Below, piece by piece: positions 41,464 to 54,406 of a stretch of DNA of 64,000 nucleotides. Source of the DNA: Girardia tigrina (lineage: Eukaryota); contig MQRK01254807.1 of assembly GCA_001938485.1 (NCBI GenBank), forward strand, positions 1 through 64,000, read 5' to 3'. Numbering within the stretch: position 1 is the first letter of the stretch; the number at the start of each line of letters is the position of its first letter. The notes beneath the pieces are model-generated. The model saw nothing but the letters and a program-made list of their open reading frames with translations. It did not search any database and was not told the DNA's origin. Position numbers and translations under genes: made by a program.

Positions 41464-42866
41464 TAGTAGAAGTGAAATATTTTTCTATGCTAGAATTATC
41501 AAGCGGATATTATCAAATCCCAATAAAAGAGGAAGATATAAAGAAAACTACTAAAATTATTAAAATGAGTGTGAATTGAAAATGTGATTTTTATCACAAA
41601 TTCAAACGTTTAAATAATTTTAAAGTATACTTGAATAATTAATTTCTAAGTCCTGTCTACCTGATGTTTTTAAAATTAAAATTTTATAATTAAAAATGTG
41701 GTAAAGGGCACAAGATTTATCAAAAAAAGTAGTTAAAATAGATTATTGCGTTATAAATGCCTTTATTTAAAGAGAATAAATATAAAATTTTTATTTAAAT
41801 GAAAATTAGCACTCCTATTCAAGAATATAACTTTTCATTCTAGCCTGGCAAAAATCTTTTTGCTCAAATCTGCTTTTTGTACATAATTACTTAGAATACT
41901 TGTTAATTATATTTTTCTGACACATTTTCTGCATTTAAATAAAAATGGAGATGCTTAGTTCCCTCTATAGATAAAGCTCATGTGCAGAAGGCCACTTACT
42001 AGACCTTCTTTCAATCAATCTTCTCTTGAAGATAAGATTTAGCGAAGCTCTAACTTGATTGACAAAATATGCCGAACACCATTCTGAATCGGTTGAGTTA
42101 GTGTTAGAAATAAAGAGCAAAAGTTAACACCACATTCTTATCATGTCGATTATAGTGACGAATTTGCCCCATTTTTAAAAATATATCCAGTATGTCTGTC
42201 ATATTATGTTTCTTATGTTATAGGATATATTAACTCGCAAAGGATTTAGGATCTTTATTTCTCAATATTTTTATAGAACCTTTGTCTTTTTAATCCGAAA
42301 GTTTGATAGGTTACAAAAACAATGATTTTTTCACATATTTAAAATATGAATGAAATGCCCAAAAATTAATGATGATAGAATATTTAAATATGAAAAAAAT
42401 TAAAGTTTCTCTTCAGTAGTACTTAGGTTTCCAATATCAATTTTCTTTGTCTGACAAGAAAATTTATATATTTAAAGTAAAATGAAAAGCAAATAACATG
42501 ACGAATTAGCCCCACCCTATATTAACTAGTAAATCAAAATTTTTTAAAATCCATTCTATATACTCACAGAATTTCTCTAGGACCAGAGAATTTTTTCGTT
42601 ATCTTTTGTAGAAGAGAAAATTACTATTACATATCTTTTTTATCTAAATATAAACTAATTATAATTTATAAGTAGATCTTTTTATACTAATATTGTTCAG
42701 AAACTCCGATTCGGCCGTTTTGTTCCCATTCTGAGACCTTAAAAAGTTTTTTTGACCAAATTTTCACATTATCATTTATTGTCATCAAAAATGAATAAGT
42801 GTGCAAAGCTTTTAGAAAATTGATTAATTGAAAAGTCTTTAAAATAAGTTTTTAAATTCTAAGGAT

Positions 42867-42903
<37 letters not shown>

Positions 42904-42956
42904 AAACAAGCTAATTAAAAGAATGGAAAAATAATTGTTTATTACGTTTTATTTAG

Positions 42957-43207
42957 CTTTATTTCGCTTACGAATGATATTTGAGCATACGAATTCTCGA
43001 CGAATAGATCTGAGTGCCGATGCGAGGCAATATTCTTTTGATCAGTCAGATGGAATATTACAATATATTAACCGCAAAAGTAAAAGAAACTCACAGAAGC
43101 ATATTATTCTTGATTTAAAAGTCGAAGAGTCTAAGAAAAGAATTATACAACAAATGGATGAATTGAAAATGGACAGGATTGATTATCATTATCTAATCAC
43201 AGAAATG
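42957..43207 (+). CDS. AMPA-type glutamate receptor, exon 4
   Basis: ttag|CT gives A-LFRLRMIFE...HIILD...DYHYLITEM|gta. Confidence 0.88.
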
Positions 43208-45524
43208 GTAATAATCAATATTATTATTACGCATTACATAATTAAATAAAAAATATTTTATTATTATCAGATCTTTTATAAATAAAAATTAATTTATACA
43301 CCAAAAATTCTTTTTAGATCAAATTTTTATACATCAATTTTTGTGTTTGTTTTACTGCAGGATATATTTCTCAATTATTAATTTGAATTTGAAACTATTT
43401 CAGTTTATACAAATTATGGTGGATTTGATATTGATATTCCTACAGAAAACTATGGATTCTTAACCAAACGATCTAATAAAATAATAAATATCCAAATTGA
43501 TTCTGTATTTTAAATGACAGTTACTTATTGTGGTACAAATGAGACAAAACATCCAAAATGGAAAAGTCCAAATATTTCTTTACAAAGCCTCTATTTATCT
43601 AAATAACTGTATCAAAAGAGAGATTGTGGACAGCAACCAGTATTTTTGTTTCATAATCATGATTACCACCTTCCAATCGAATTTGAAAACCTGCGATTCA
43701 AATAGATTGGTTGTGATGAGAATCGGCTGACAGGCTAAGATTCGGTTGTGTTTGACTGTTCCTTACGTAGAATGTGCTAAAAGAATTAATTTTCAGACAT
43801 CGAATGAAATATTAAATTTTAATGGGATATTCAATTATTTTCCAATCATCGAGGTTGAATTATGAAAACATTATGAATTGTTAATCAATAGTTTGATGAA
43901 TTAGAATCAGTTTCCTATCAGTTACCTATCTCTTATTACATGTTTTCTAAAGGTTTATATCTGAGATGAAACATTCAAAATTCAAAAAGATCATTTATTA
44001 TAAACTATTATTAAATAAATTTTCTTTTGGTGTATATATTTGTAAGTAGTTATGCTTTCATTTGTTTTTGCTTTTGTACACCATGTGATTTTATAATGTA
44101 AATACAAATGTAACCAAACTTCACACAAAAATTGTATGTATTAAAAGGAAAATTAAAAAGAAAAAAATTATTAAACAGAAAAATCATGTATACATATATA
44201 TAAAATTAAGATTAATATTTGGATTTATTATCTGATTTGATAATTTAATTTTAGATTGAATGTTAAAATTTATTTTAAATTTCATTTCGTTGTAAAATTT
44301 TAAATGATTTTAATAATTTATTTAAAATTTTTAAATGAATTGATAATTTTGAAATTAACTTGAATTCATTTTAGTAAAATATTTACAATATTAGTTTATT
44401 TTTTTAAAATTTAAATGCATTTTAATTTAGACCAATGAGACTCCTACAAATATGTTTTAAATATATAAAAGTGTCGAATTTTGATTCAGATAATTAGAAA
44501 GATATACCAATCTAGATATTTGTAAATTAGTGAATGTCATGATAAGAATTGTTATGAAAACATTTCAATTCCAATATATATATATNNNNNNNNNNNNNNN
44601 NNNNNNNNNNNNNNNNNNNNNNNNNNNNNNNNNNNTATATATATATATATATATATATATGTTGTATAAACCAGAAAGATGTCTCGAAACGTTTTACATG
44701 ATCAATATTAAAACACTATTTATAAACAATAAAAAATCCTGGAAGAGAAATATTTATATACTGTAGAGTCTTTAGTTCACTAAATAAATGAATATATATG
44801 TCGGCACCAGTTGATTGTTTGGGGCCAGTATTAATTTGGGAGTGATTCATTAATCTGTCACCAACAAGCGGTTGATTACAAACAAATCTTATAAATAGAA
44901 ATAATTATCATACAAAATAATAACTAATATAATGTAATAATAATACATATTAAATTAAAATTAAAAAAATATCTGTATGAAAAATTTAAATATAATTTTT
45001 AAAAAGATACGTTAATCAATAAAAAAATAATGTCTCCTTACCAACATAATTTAACATTGTTTTTGTTGCCATATAATAAATTATCGTTCTAAGCAAAAGA
45101 AAAGGAATAAAGAAGAAAATCAAACAAAATCAAAGATCAGGTAGTTCATACTATAAAATCCGAAGAAATTGTTCTGCAAATGTCAATTTCATTCAACCTA
45201 AGACTTCCCAATATATATTTTCTTATTGTCAATCTCTTCAAAACAGATTTACAATAGTGAGAAACAATCACACCCTTAGAAAGCTCTGTGCTTCAAGGGG
45301 CATATTGATCATTCTATTTCACTAACAATTTAGAGAAACTAATTAATTCAAAAATGACCTCCATCCTACTTCCTTTTATTTATATAGTGATGAAAGTATC
45401 AATCTTCTTTTTTATCCTTTCTGTTTCTAGATTGTTAGTAATAATATAATTTAAATTACAATTATCATTATTCGTATTCTATTTATTGTCAAAAGTGAAT
45501 TCACTGAATTATTATTATTCCTTT

Positions 45525-46288
45525 GGTGACCCGACAAATGCGCACCGACAAATGAGCACCGACAAATGCGCACCGACACATGCACGCACGACAAATATTA
45601 TTTACTTTTTGCTAAAAGTGTTTTTGGAGTAAAAAATTACTAGATGCTTTTGAAAGGTTTTTATTATTATTAACTTATTGCTTAAAATATTTTTGAATTA
45701 TAAAATTAATAAATACTTTTCAAATATTTTTTATTATTATTTATTTATTCATAAGTGCTAATTACAAATCTATCAAAACACTGGTATGTATGATTGAACA
45801 TCTTACTTCTATCAACTTCAGAAAAATCCGTTCATAGTCAAACTGCATTTTTGTTCTCATTAGTACATAAATCAAGGGAATTGACCGATCATCAATTAAA
45901 ACATGTAGAAATAATTCTGGAGATACTTTGAACGGTGGGTGGTGGTGTATGGCCGTTCTTAGTTGGTGGAGCGATTTGTCTGGTTAATTCTGTTAACGAA
46001 CGAGACTCTCACCTGCTAAATAGTACATTTGTGTTAAATCGCAAATGCTGACTTCTTAGAGGAATAAATAGCGTTTAGCTAAATGAAATGGAGCAATAAC
46101 AGGTCTGTGATGCCCTTAGATGTCCGGGGCCGCACGTGCGCTACAATGGCAGTACCAGCGAGTTTTATTCCTAGCTAGAAATGGCCGGGTAACCTGCTGA
46201 ATCACTGTCGTGTCAGGAATAGTGGATTGAAATTATCCCACTTGAACGAGGAATTCCTAGTAAGCGCAAGTCACTAGCTTGCGCTGAT

Positions 46289-46334
<46 letters not shown>

Positions 46335-47034
46335 AGTGCCATCCATAAACTAGTGTGGATACTGCTCCAACAACTCCTAATTCGTTGTTGTACCAAATAT
46401 GAAGATTCTATTTGTGTCTTCTTCACCGGAGTCCCAAATAATAAAATTTTCAGAACGTATTATTACTTTCATATTCTCAGGAAGAATTATGTCTTTAACA
46501 GATTTTGGCCTGGGATTGTTAATATCAGCTCTCTTTCGTCTTCTCTCTATGCATCTTTCACTTGATGAATATGACGGTAGCAGGTGAGCTAATTCCAGTG
46601 GAACTCCTGTTGTAATCTTCAAAATGATTTTTCGAGGTTTTTCAACGTTGTTCACACCACGTTCACGTATATTTGATTTGATTTTTTCAAATTCATTCTA
46701 ATAATTGTCTGGAGAATGTATATGATGTTCAATCATACTCAATCAATATTCAGTACTGTACTATTAGTTTCTGTCCTCACTCTTCCAGCTCACTGGTTTG
46801 ACACATCTCCATGAAGATGATCCGTCTTCTTTTTGTCTGTTACAAAGATATATAAACCCTTCATAAAGGAATTGGTCCTTTCCTTTTTGTGACTTCATTA
46901 TGTTCATAATATTTGAAGTTAATTTATTAGTCTTTTGTATTTTAAAACAAATTTGTATTTCAAAAATATTTTTAGCAAAAAGTAAATAATATTTGTCGTG
47001 CACGCATTTGTCAGCGCGCATTTGTCAGGGTACC
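45525..47034 (-). mobile_element. MULE (FLYWCH-type transposase), deleted derivative carrying an 18S insertion
   Basis: TIRs with GACAAATGCGC subrepeats and acgacaaatattatttactttttgctaaaa; KSQKGKDQFLYEGFIY..WRC, RIFIFGT, FMDGT|FKVSPELF..IPLIYVLM. Confidence 0.88.
45933..46338 (+). rRNA. 18S rRNA: 18S rRNA fragment (about 400 bp, V7-V8 region), non-functional dispersed copy
   Basis: Universal motifs GGCCGTTCTTAGTTGGTGGAG, ATAACAGGTCTGTGATGCCCTTAGATG, CCCTTTGTACACACCGCCCGTCGCTACTACCGATTG. Confidence 0.96.
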
Positions 47035-47122
47035 GTTTACTTTTACACATACTAATTGAATTTTCAGCATTTATTTCCTGTTAATTACAAAGTGCATGAT
47101 GAACTAATATTAATTTGTTCAG

Positions 47123-47305
47123 GATGCTTTGGAAATAAACAGCTCATTTATCAGAAATGGTGGAATGAACTTTACGATATTTTCCCCCATCGATTATGAC
47201 AATCCCGTGTTAAAACAGTTTATGGATCTACAATGGTACACTCCACAGATGAAATCCAAATATCCTTTCTTATTAAATGAACATCAGAGTGTAAGGAGAA
47301 TACCG
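47123..47305 (+). CDS. AMPA-type glutamate receptor, exon 5 (alternative in-frame donor possible at 47290)
   Basis: cag|GAT; DALEINSSFIRNGGMNFT...; phase 0-0. Confidence 0.82.
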
Positions 47306-48217
47306 GTAAAATTAACTATTTTTTACTTAAAGAAGCCATAAAGGAAAATATTTATTCAAATTTTAATATTTAACCCAATTATGTTTAACTTATACCGATT
47401 TTTATCACATTCTTATTATTATCATTGTTTTATAAGTCAAGTTAGAGTGAAATGGTCTCTTCATCTATACCTGACGTATCCTAGTAAGACGTAACGCACT
47501 GAATTTGAATTATTAAGGCATAAAAAGCTGAAATGTCATGTCCATGTTTAATATTTGTTAGATTGAGATATTTGAGTTTGTCACTCATTTAAAAAAAGGT
47601 ATATGACATAAATTAAAAATACTCCATGCAACATGTTTACAAGAACCATTACCCATTGCTATCTTTATACAAGGTATTATTAGAAGAAAACAAATTATAC
47701 CATAGTTGTTTCAGACATTAGAAGTCGATTTCGAAGTTTCGTTATCAATAAAATTATCTGATAGTAAACTTCGGCTTCCTTCGCAACACTTACTGCACGA
47801 AGCGATACGCGTTCTCTAACCGTAAAGACAATGTGAAATACTATTTTTTCTTGTTTAAGTCGAAAAAACAATACGAGGGTTACAACAATATAGTTAATTT
47901 AAAAACCAAATCTAAGTTATTAATCTTACATTTATACATCACGTATTAATGCTATCTAGTTGAAATATGGTTATTTCACGTAATATACTATTAGTGATTT
48001 ATGACATAAATAATGAATGAACAACCTTTTTTACAACAGGGCCAATGACAACGTTTTGCATGGAGTACACATAAGAAACGTAAGAAAGTGTAAACACTGT
48101 AATAACTATATTATAATTACTATATTATAAACACAAATTCTCTATTTATTAAAGAAAATGACATTATAACGTTAAAAAATGCAAATAAAATACATTAAAT
48201 AATGCTATAAAATAGTA

Positions 48218-48683
48218 AGTAGCGTTTATGTCACTTTCATTATTATCACATTCTAAAGTCATAATTTAACACCACAAAATTTATTAATATCAACAATTCA
48301 CATACTTAAACAAATTTCTTATTAATTCAGTTATTTCGCCCCAAATTAATTCATAAATATTTTCGATTAAATTTTGAAAATTTACGAAATTTAAACTTCA
48401 AATTATATTTATATTTTTTTACGAAAATTTAAAAAATTATTTTGTTAAAAAATTATTTCTTTAATATTAATGCGTTAATTATTTATTTAAAATTTATTTA
48501 AAATTATTTCATAACTTTTATCAAAATATATCAATTCTTATTACTGTAAACAAATTTTAAATAAGTATTTATTTATCATATTTTTACTCTACATTTTAAT
48601 TTTTTAATTTATTTCTTTTAAATTTTCAAATCAAAAAAATAATAAATTATTTTGGCGAAACTTAAATTTAAACTAACCCCTCA
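48218..48683 (+). repeat. Asymmetric-ended AT-rich repeat family copy
   Basis: TA|AGTAGCGTTTATGTCAC...AACTAACCCCTCA|TA. Confidence 0.75.
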
Positions 48684-48769
48684 TAAAAATAAAAGCAAAA
48701 CATAATTTTTATGGAAAAAAGAGTACACAAATTTTAATGAGAAGTTTATGGGTGCTTATTTTCAATCAA

Positions 48770-50210
48770 ATGGTCCGTAGTCTCAGAAATAGACAATGTA
48801 GGGCTCCCATCTCCTTCGAATGGTATTGAATCGTTAGACTCTTTAGAGGGTCCACCTAAACTAAAGAGTAACTAGCAGACCCTCGATAGGCTTCCTACGG
48901 CCACAAAAGGGACAACTGAACTCGCCCCTTACTGTGAGATCTGCAATCGAAAAAGTCAGATGTGTTTCTTCAGTACCTATCGCTTCCTCCACCGCCGCCA
49001 AGACACGCGAGAATCCATCATGGATTAATGTTTTCCTGAAATGTTGAGGTTTTCTTCGACTATTTCTTCTGTGTTACTTGTTGTACGGTTTTGCGCTGGT
49101 GTTACTATCGGTTCTTCAATTTCTTCTGTCTCCTTCAATTTATGATCCCGGTTGAGGTGCCTGGTTAGCCTACTCTACCTTTTAGATGACTTTTTACACA
49201 GTGTGCCTGGGAATGATAATTCCTGTTGTTGTTATGTCTCATTTGGCTGATCAGAATAAGGGGAAGCGGACACCACATGGTTCCTTTTGATGTGTCTTTT
49301 CAGTTACTTCTTTTTGGCAAACTCCTTGTAGCATCTTTCTTCTAGGCATTGGTGAAGTTTCTTTCTCTCATTGATCAGTTTTGGCACAGTTTTTCTTGTC
49401 CAATGGAGTCTTCCTGGTTGAATTAAGGAGTTGATGTATGTTTCCCTCAATACAAAAGGATCTTTGCGTATTATGTGGTTCATGAAATTTCCATAGACCG
49501 CATCATCCCAAAATAGCCACTTTATGTCTTCTTTATTCCACTGATCTTATTCCCCATCGGTATTTCTCGCCTCCAGATTCGTTTGATTGTCTCGTGCTCC
49601 TCTGAAATTTTCGTCTTACTGGGAAAAGTAAGCCTTCTGCTTGTGATAAGATCCATTGAATGTGTGCGTCTAATGTCCAAGGTGTCCATATGGATCTTTT
49701 CAAACTTCTGTTTCTTTCTAACTGAGGATGCCACTTATAAAGATTCTTGTATGTAGTTCTCCAGCTTTCACAGCCGCAGTATACTACGGAGAATATGCAT
49801 GTATTAATAACTTTCTTCTTAATCCTCATACTCAGTTTGGAGCTCTTCAGCCCTGATCTTAGGTCCCTTATTTTCTGGGTTCCTTTCTTGATTTTTTCCT
49901 TCACTTCCGCGTCCACATTTCCTACTGAAGAGATCGTGGATCTTAGGTAAATAAAGCTAGAGATCCAATCAATACCAGCCTAAAGCCGGTGCCCAGCAGT
50001 AAGGATCCGAGTATCTCTGATTAAGTTCAAAACTTTAGTTTTACCGATGATACTTTTGAGACATAAATCTAAAACGGATGCATTTAAAATGTTCAAATTA
50101 TTTATCAGATTGTTCCAGTTCATGTCTATGAAGCAGAGGTCGTCAGTATAGGTTAGTCCGTTGATCTGAAGGTTGCTGCCGTCTTCATTCTTCAGATCGA
50201 CAACCTAATA
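48770..50210 (-). mobile_element. RTE-like LINE, 5'-truncated and degenerate, with C-terminal C2H2 fingers
   Basis: INGLTYTDDLCF (RT motif), FIYLRS, SVVYCGCESW; CLEERC-x12-HIKRNH. Confidence 0.8.
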
Positions 50211-50617
50211 GATGATATTAAATCAATTGTGCTTCTGTGAGGATTATAACCTCAGGAAATAACATTGATATTATTATTTTCGTAATTTGTAAGAAACAAG
50301 TTCCTGGTGAAGAATTTTAAGAAAATTATTTTTAGGAGCAGATTACTCATTCGTCATCACAAACTTCTACAGAAGATTCTATTTTCTAATTTAGTCTTCT
50401 GCTTAATTAAATTTATACACTGATTATAACTAATTATTTTCGATTATTTCACGTAATTTCCATTTCAAAAATTTTAATTGTAAATTCAAATAATGACCTT
50501 TTGAAAACTTTCTTGAACTTTTATCCTAGAAATTCTTGTTTTTATCCTAACTTCAAAACACTCTAAGTATGTATTATATTAAAAGGAGATTATTTAAAAG
50601 AATTTTCTATTTCTTAG

Positions 50618-50782
50618 TATGATGCTGCATTGATCACGGATGGTCTTGAGTTATTTTATAGAGCATTGAAAGTTGCTAACCCTAGCGTCAGCCAACACCA
50701 ACCGAATTCAGAAGAACAGATTTGTACTCCTCAGATCAATCCAAAATTTAGCGCTAAAGAACTAAAACCAGCTCTAATTCAA
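50618..50782 (+). CDS. AMPA-type glutamate receptor, exon 6
   Basis: YDAALITDGL...C...LKPALIQ. Confidence 0.88.
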
Positions 50783-50826
50783 GTTGATTTTAATATTAAT
50801 TTTCTAGTTGTTTATTATTAAAACAG

Positions 50827-50934
50827 ACATCATTTATGGGTCTTACAGGAAATGTTCAATTTAATGAATCAGGTTTCAGACATAACTATAAAATTGATAT
50901 AATTGAAGCCAGAGTTAAAGAATCTTTAGAAAAA
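50827..50934 (+). CDS. AMPA-type glutamate receptor, exon 7
   Basis: 44 bp intron; TSFMGLTGNVQFNESGFRHNYKIDII. Confidence 0.9.
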
Positions 50935-50984
50935 GTATCATTTTGGGTTAAGTAATATCTTTGTGATAATGATACTTTACTTAG

Positions 50985-51293
50985 ATTGGAAATTGGAGTA
51001 CCAACCAAGGTCTAAACTTTCTTACAAGAACAAAATCAGACATAAAATTTCTTAAATTATCACAAAATCGAACTTTAAGAGTATCAAGTATTCTTGTTCC
51101 ACCATTTTTGATGAAGGTCAAAGATAAGAATGGTAAAGAAACTGATAAATACGAGGGATTCTGTAAAGATTTAGTGAATGAAATTGCAATATTATTAAAC
51201 TTTACATACGTAATAAGAGAAGTAAAAGACAAACAATTCGGCCTGCTAGTTAATGATAGTTGGAATGGAATGATTGGGGAACTGATCCGTAAT
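50985..51293 (+). CDS. AMPA-type glutamate receptor, exon 8 (S1)
   Basis: 50 bp intron; IGNW...PPFLM...YEGFCKDL...WNGMIGELIRN. Confidence 0.95.
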
Positions 51294-51339
51294 GTAAGTT
51301 TGATTGACTAAAATTCTAAAGTAAATAATATTTTATTAG

Positions 51340-51698
51340 GAAGCAGACTTAGTCGTAGCCCCACTAACAATTACATCTAGTAGAGAAAGAGTCGTCGATT
51401 TTTCTACTCCATTTATGGAATTTGGTTTAAGCATTATGCTTCTAAAACCAGATGAACGTGAACCAGAAACCTTTGGATTTACTAAACCTCTTAGCAATGA
51501 TATATGGATGTGTATAACATTTGCTTATTTAGGAGTCAGTGTCGTTCTGTTTTTAGTTAGTAGATTTAATCCGTACGAATGGGGTGTCGATGCGCCTTTA
51601 GAAGTTGACTCCAAAGCTTCAAATGAATTTACTATATTCAACAGTTTTTGGTTTTCTCTAAGTGCTTTTATGCAACAAGGGGGAGACATATCCCCACG
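51340..51698 (+). CDS. AMPA-type glutamate receptor, exon 9 (S1, M1, M2 pore loop)
   Basis: 46 bp intron; [58 protein letters not shown] (Q at the Q/R site). Confidence 0.97.
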
Positions 51699-51738
51699 GT
51701 AATGAAAGAATCTTTAAAAATATATTAATTGTTAACAG

Positions 51739-51937
51739 ATCACTTGCTGGGAGAATTGTTGGTGGTGTTTGGTGGTTTTTCACTTTAATAATAGTCAGTT
51801 CATACACGGCCAATCTGGCGGCTTACCTAACTGTGGAGCGTATGAATAATCCAATTAAGTCCTATGAAGATTTAACTAAACAAAGTAAAGTAAAATATGG
51901 TGTCGTCAATTCCGGGTCTTCGAAAGAGTTTTTCTAT
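51739..51937 (+). CDS. AMPA-type glutamate receptor, exon 10 (M3, S2)
   Basis: 40 bp intron; [32 protein letters not shown]. Confidence 0.97.
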
Positions 51938-51985
51938 GTTAGAAATTTTAGTGGCAATTCATAACTGTTTTTATCTTTGATTTAG

Positions 51986-52165
51986 CATTCGAAGATAGAA
52001 GTTTTCCAAAAGATGTGGCAATATATGGAGTCGAACCCTGAAGTATTTGTGGCAAATATTAGCCTTGGTTATGAAAAGGTGAAAAATTCTAAAGACTACG
52101 CTTTTATATTGGAGTCGACATTTAATGAGTATTATAATCAATTGAAACCCTGTACCACAACGAAA
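51986..52165 (+). CDS. AMPA-type glutamate receptor, exon 11 (S2)
   Basis: 48 bp intron; KMWQYM...YAFILESTFNEY...KPC. Confidence 0.95.
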
Positions 52166-53709
52166 GTATGTTTTTGTTTCATATTTCCTTCTCTTACAGA
52201 AAAAAGATTTTATAGTAAAATTCTCTATACTTAAATTAAATAAGAATTGTGCAAATTAAAAAAAACAATAATTGATAAAAAGATTTAACTTATATAAATG
52301 CTCTGTTACGTACCATTGGTATCTAAAAGGGGTCGTAGTAATTTCATCGCAAAGTAAAAACATCGCAGTAAGTATTATTTAATTAAGTAAAATAAGAATT
52401 ATTAAAGCAGTCATTTAAATAAGAAATTAAAAATAAAAAATTAAAAATTTATTATAAAAAATTAATAAAATTATTTAAATTATTAAAAATATAGGAAATT
52501 ATGAAAAATAGTATAAAAAATTAAAAAAAATAAAAAAAATCTAAATTACAAAAAAATAAAAATTATAATATTGTAATTTATTAAATAATTAAAATTATTA
52601 TAAGTTGATTAAAATTTTAAATATTTAAAAAGTCTTTACACTAGAAGTTCATTTTTTTATTAAAATTATTTTTTCATAATTTAAAATTATTTTTTTATTT
52701 TTTAAATATTTTATTATTTTAAATTAATTATTTATCTTTAGAATTATTATATTGTCTATCATAATTAAATCTGTAAAATATTTTTTTGATCAAAAAGTAA
52801 CAATTTGTGATTTATATATTACTTTAATAATTAAGCTGAAAAATAACTTTAATTATAAATTAGTAATAATTTAGTAAGGAATTTGCATAATTTTATTTCT
52901 ACAATTTTATTTGAAATTTTTACACTATAAACAATTTTTAATTTTAATAATTTAAAATAAATAAATAATTGATTTTATTAATAACACTTACGGGAGACCT
53001 CTAAAAGTCAAACGTATTGGTTTAAAAAGGTTCGCATATATCGCAATTAAAATTTCATAAATTATATTTCATGTGACTGGAAATTATTTTAATTTTTAAA
53101 ATATTTAAAACAAAAGAAGAACTATATATCAAAACAAATAAATCGTTAGCAATATTAGAGGTTCTTGGAACATTGTCAGAATTATTACTATGAATTATTT
53201 CAGACATCAAAACTTTTATTAATCTGTTGGGTTCTTGATCAAAATTATAATTCATTAACACCAAATTTTATTTCTATAACAATAACAATTATTCAAACAA
53301 TTTTTCTTGAGGAACTTTTCTTTTGTTTTCTTTTTTTTGACCAGATTAATTATACATAAAAATACTGGATTGTAATACTGGTAACTTATTTAATAAAACG
53401 TTAATTAAAATTGAATTTATTTTTTGATTACGTTAATTTATATATTAAGATTTTATTATTTTATAAAAATCTTCAAAATACATTATAAAAATCTAAATAA
53501 TAACTGTTTTATTTTAAATCATTTTAAAACATATTTTGCAACAATTTCTAGCAATCTAAAATTATGTAAATGTTGTTATTTCAATATTATTTATCTAAAA
53601 CCAGTCAACTTAAATATAATTTTAGATCTTTTATAATATTTGAATGCTACATCTACTGTTAAAATTAAATTTCTTAGTATTTTATTCTTCGTTATTTGGT
53701 TAAACATTC

Positions 53710-54245
53710 AATTATAATTATTCTTTTAATACAAATTGATACTATTTCAATTTTAAATAAAACATTATGATTTTTTTTTATTTTACAACGTAGTTTTCTA
53801 AAAACGTTAATTATAATTATTCTTTTAATACAAATTGATACTATTTCAATTTTAAATAAAACATTATGATTTTTTTTTATTTTACAACGTAGTTTTCTAA
53901 AAACGTTAATTATAATTATTCTTTTAATACAAATTGATACTATTTCAATTTTAAATAAAACATTATGATTTTTTTTTATTTTACAACGTAGTTTTCTAAA
54001 AACGTTAATTATAATTATTCTTTTAATACAAATTGATACTATTTCAATTTTAAATAAAACATTATGATTTTTTTTTATTTTACAACGTAGTTTTCTAAAA
54101 ACGTTAATTATAATTATTCTTTTAATACTAATTGACACTATTTCAATTTTAAATAGACATTATGATTTTTTTATTTTACCACCTAATTTTTGAAAAACAT
54201 TTAATTATAATTATATTTTTTTATACAAATTTGATACTATTTTAA
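53710..54245. repeat. 99 bp-unit tandem repeat, about 5 copies, in receptor intron 11
   Basis: Unit attataattattcttttaatacaaattgatac...ctaaaaacgtta; the 33-aa period of the antisense ORF confirms the unit length. Confidence 0.93.
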
Positions 54246-54406
54246 TTAATTTGAATTTAATTTTCTTCCTAATTGTTTAAAGATAAAACCTGTAAATTAT
54301 AAATGATAAACATTACTCGTTACAAAAATTTAATTATATTTCGTTAAAAATCTTTTATATCTTTCAAAATTAAAAGAAACAAAATCTTAAATATTAATTA
54401 TCACAG

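Larger units (their letters stand above)
36380..41552 (+). mobile_element. Ty3/gypsy remnant (gag knuckles, protease, RT start) split by a pogo element
   Basis: CYKCNKTGY..FC and CYECGGNH..C knuckles; YTGADLNVI protease (DTGA mutated); RT SPWN..IDYRGLN..EEIFDAI, resuming at 41464 as VEVKYFSMLELSSGYYQIP. Confidence 0.85.

Noticed and set aside
45933-46338. Functional rDNA locus or contaminant contig
   Set aside because: Only about 400 bp, no ITS, 5.8S or 28S, and both flanks are contiguous halves of one transposase inside a host intron.
53692-54138. 148 aa repetitive ORF on the minus strand
   Set aside because: By-product of the 99 bp AT-rich tandem repeat; no domain and no splice context.
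53710-54245. Possible CRISPR array
   Set aside because: Units are identical along their whole length with no unique spacers, and the context is eukaryotic.
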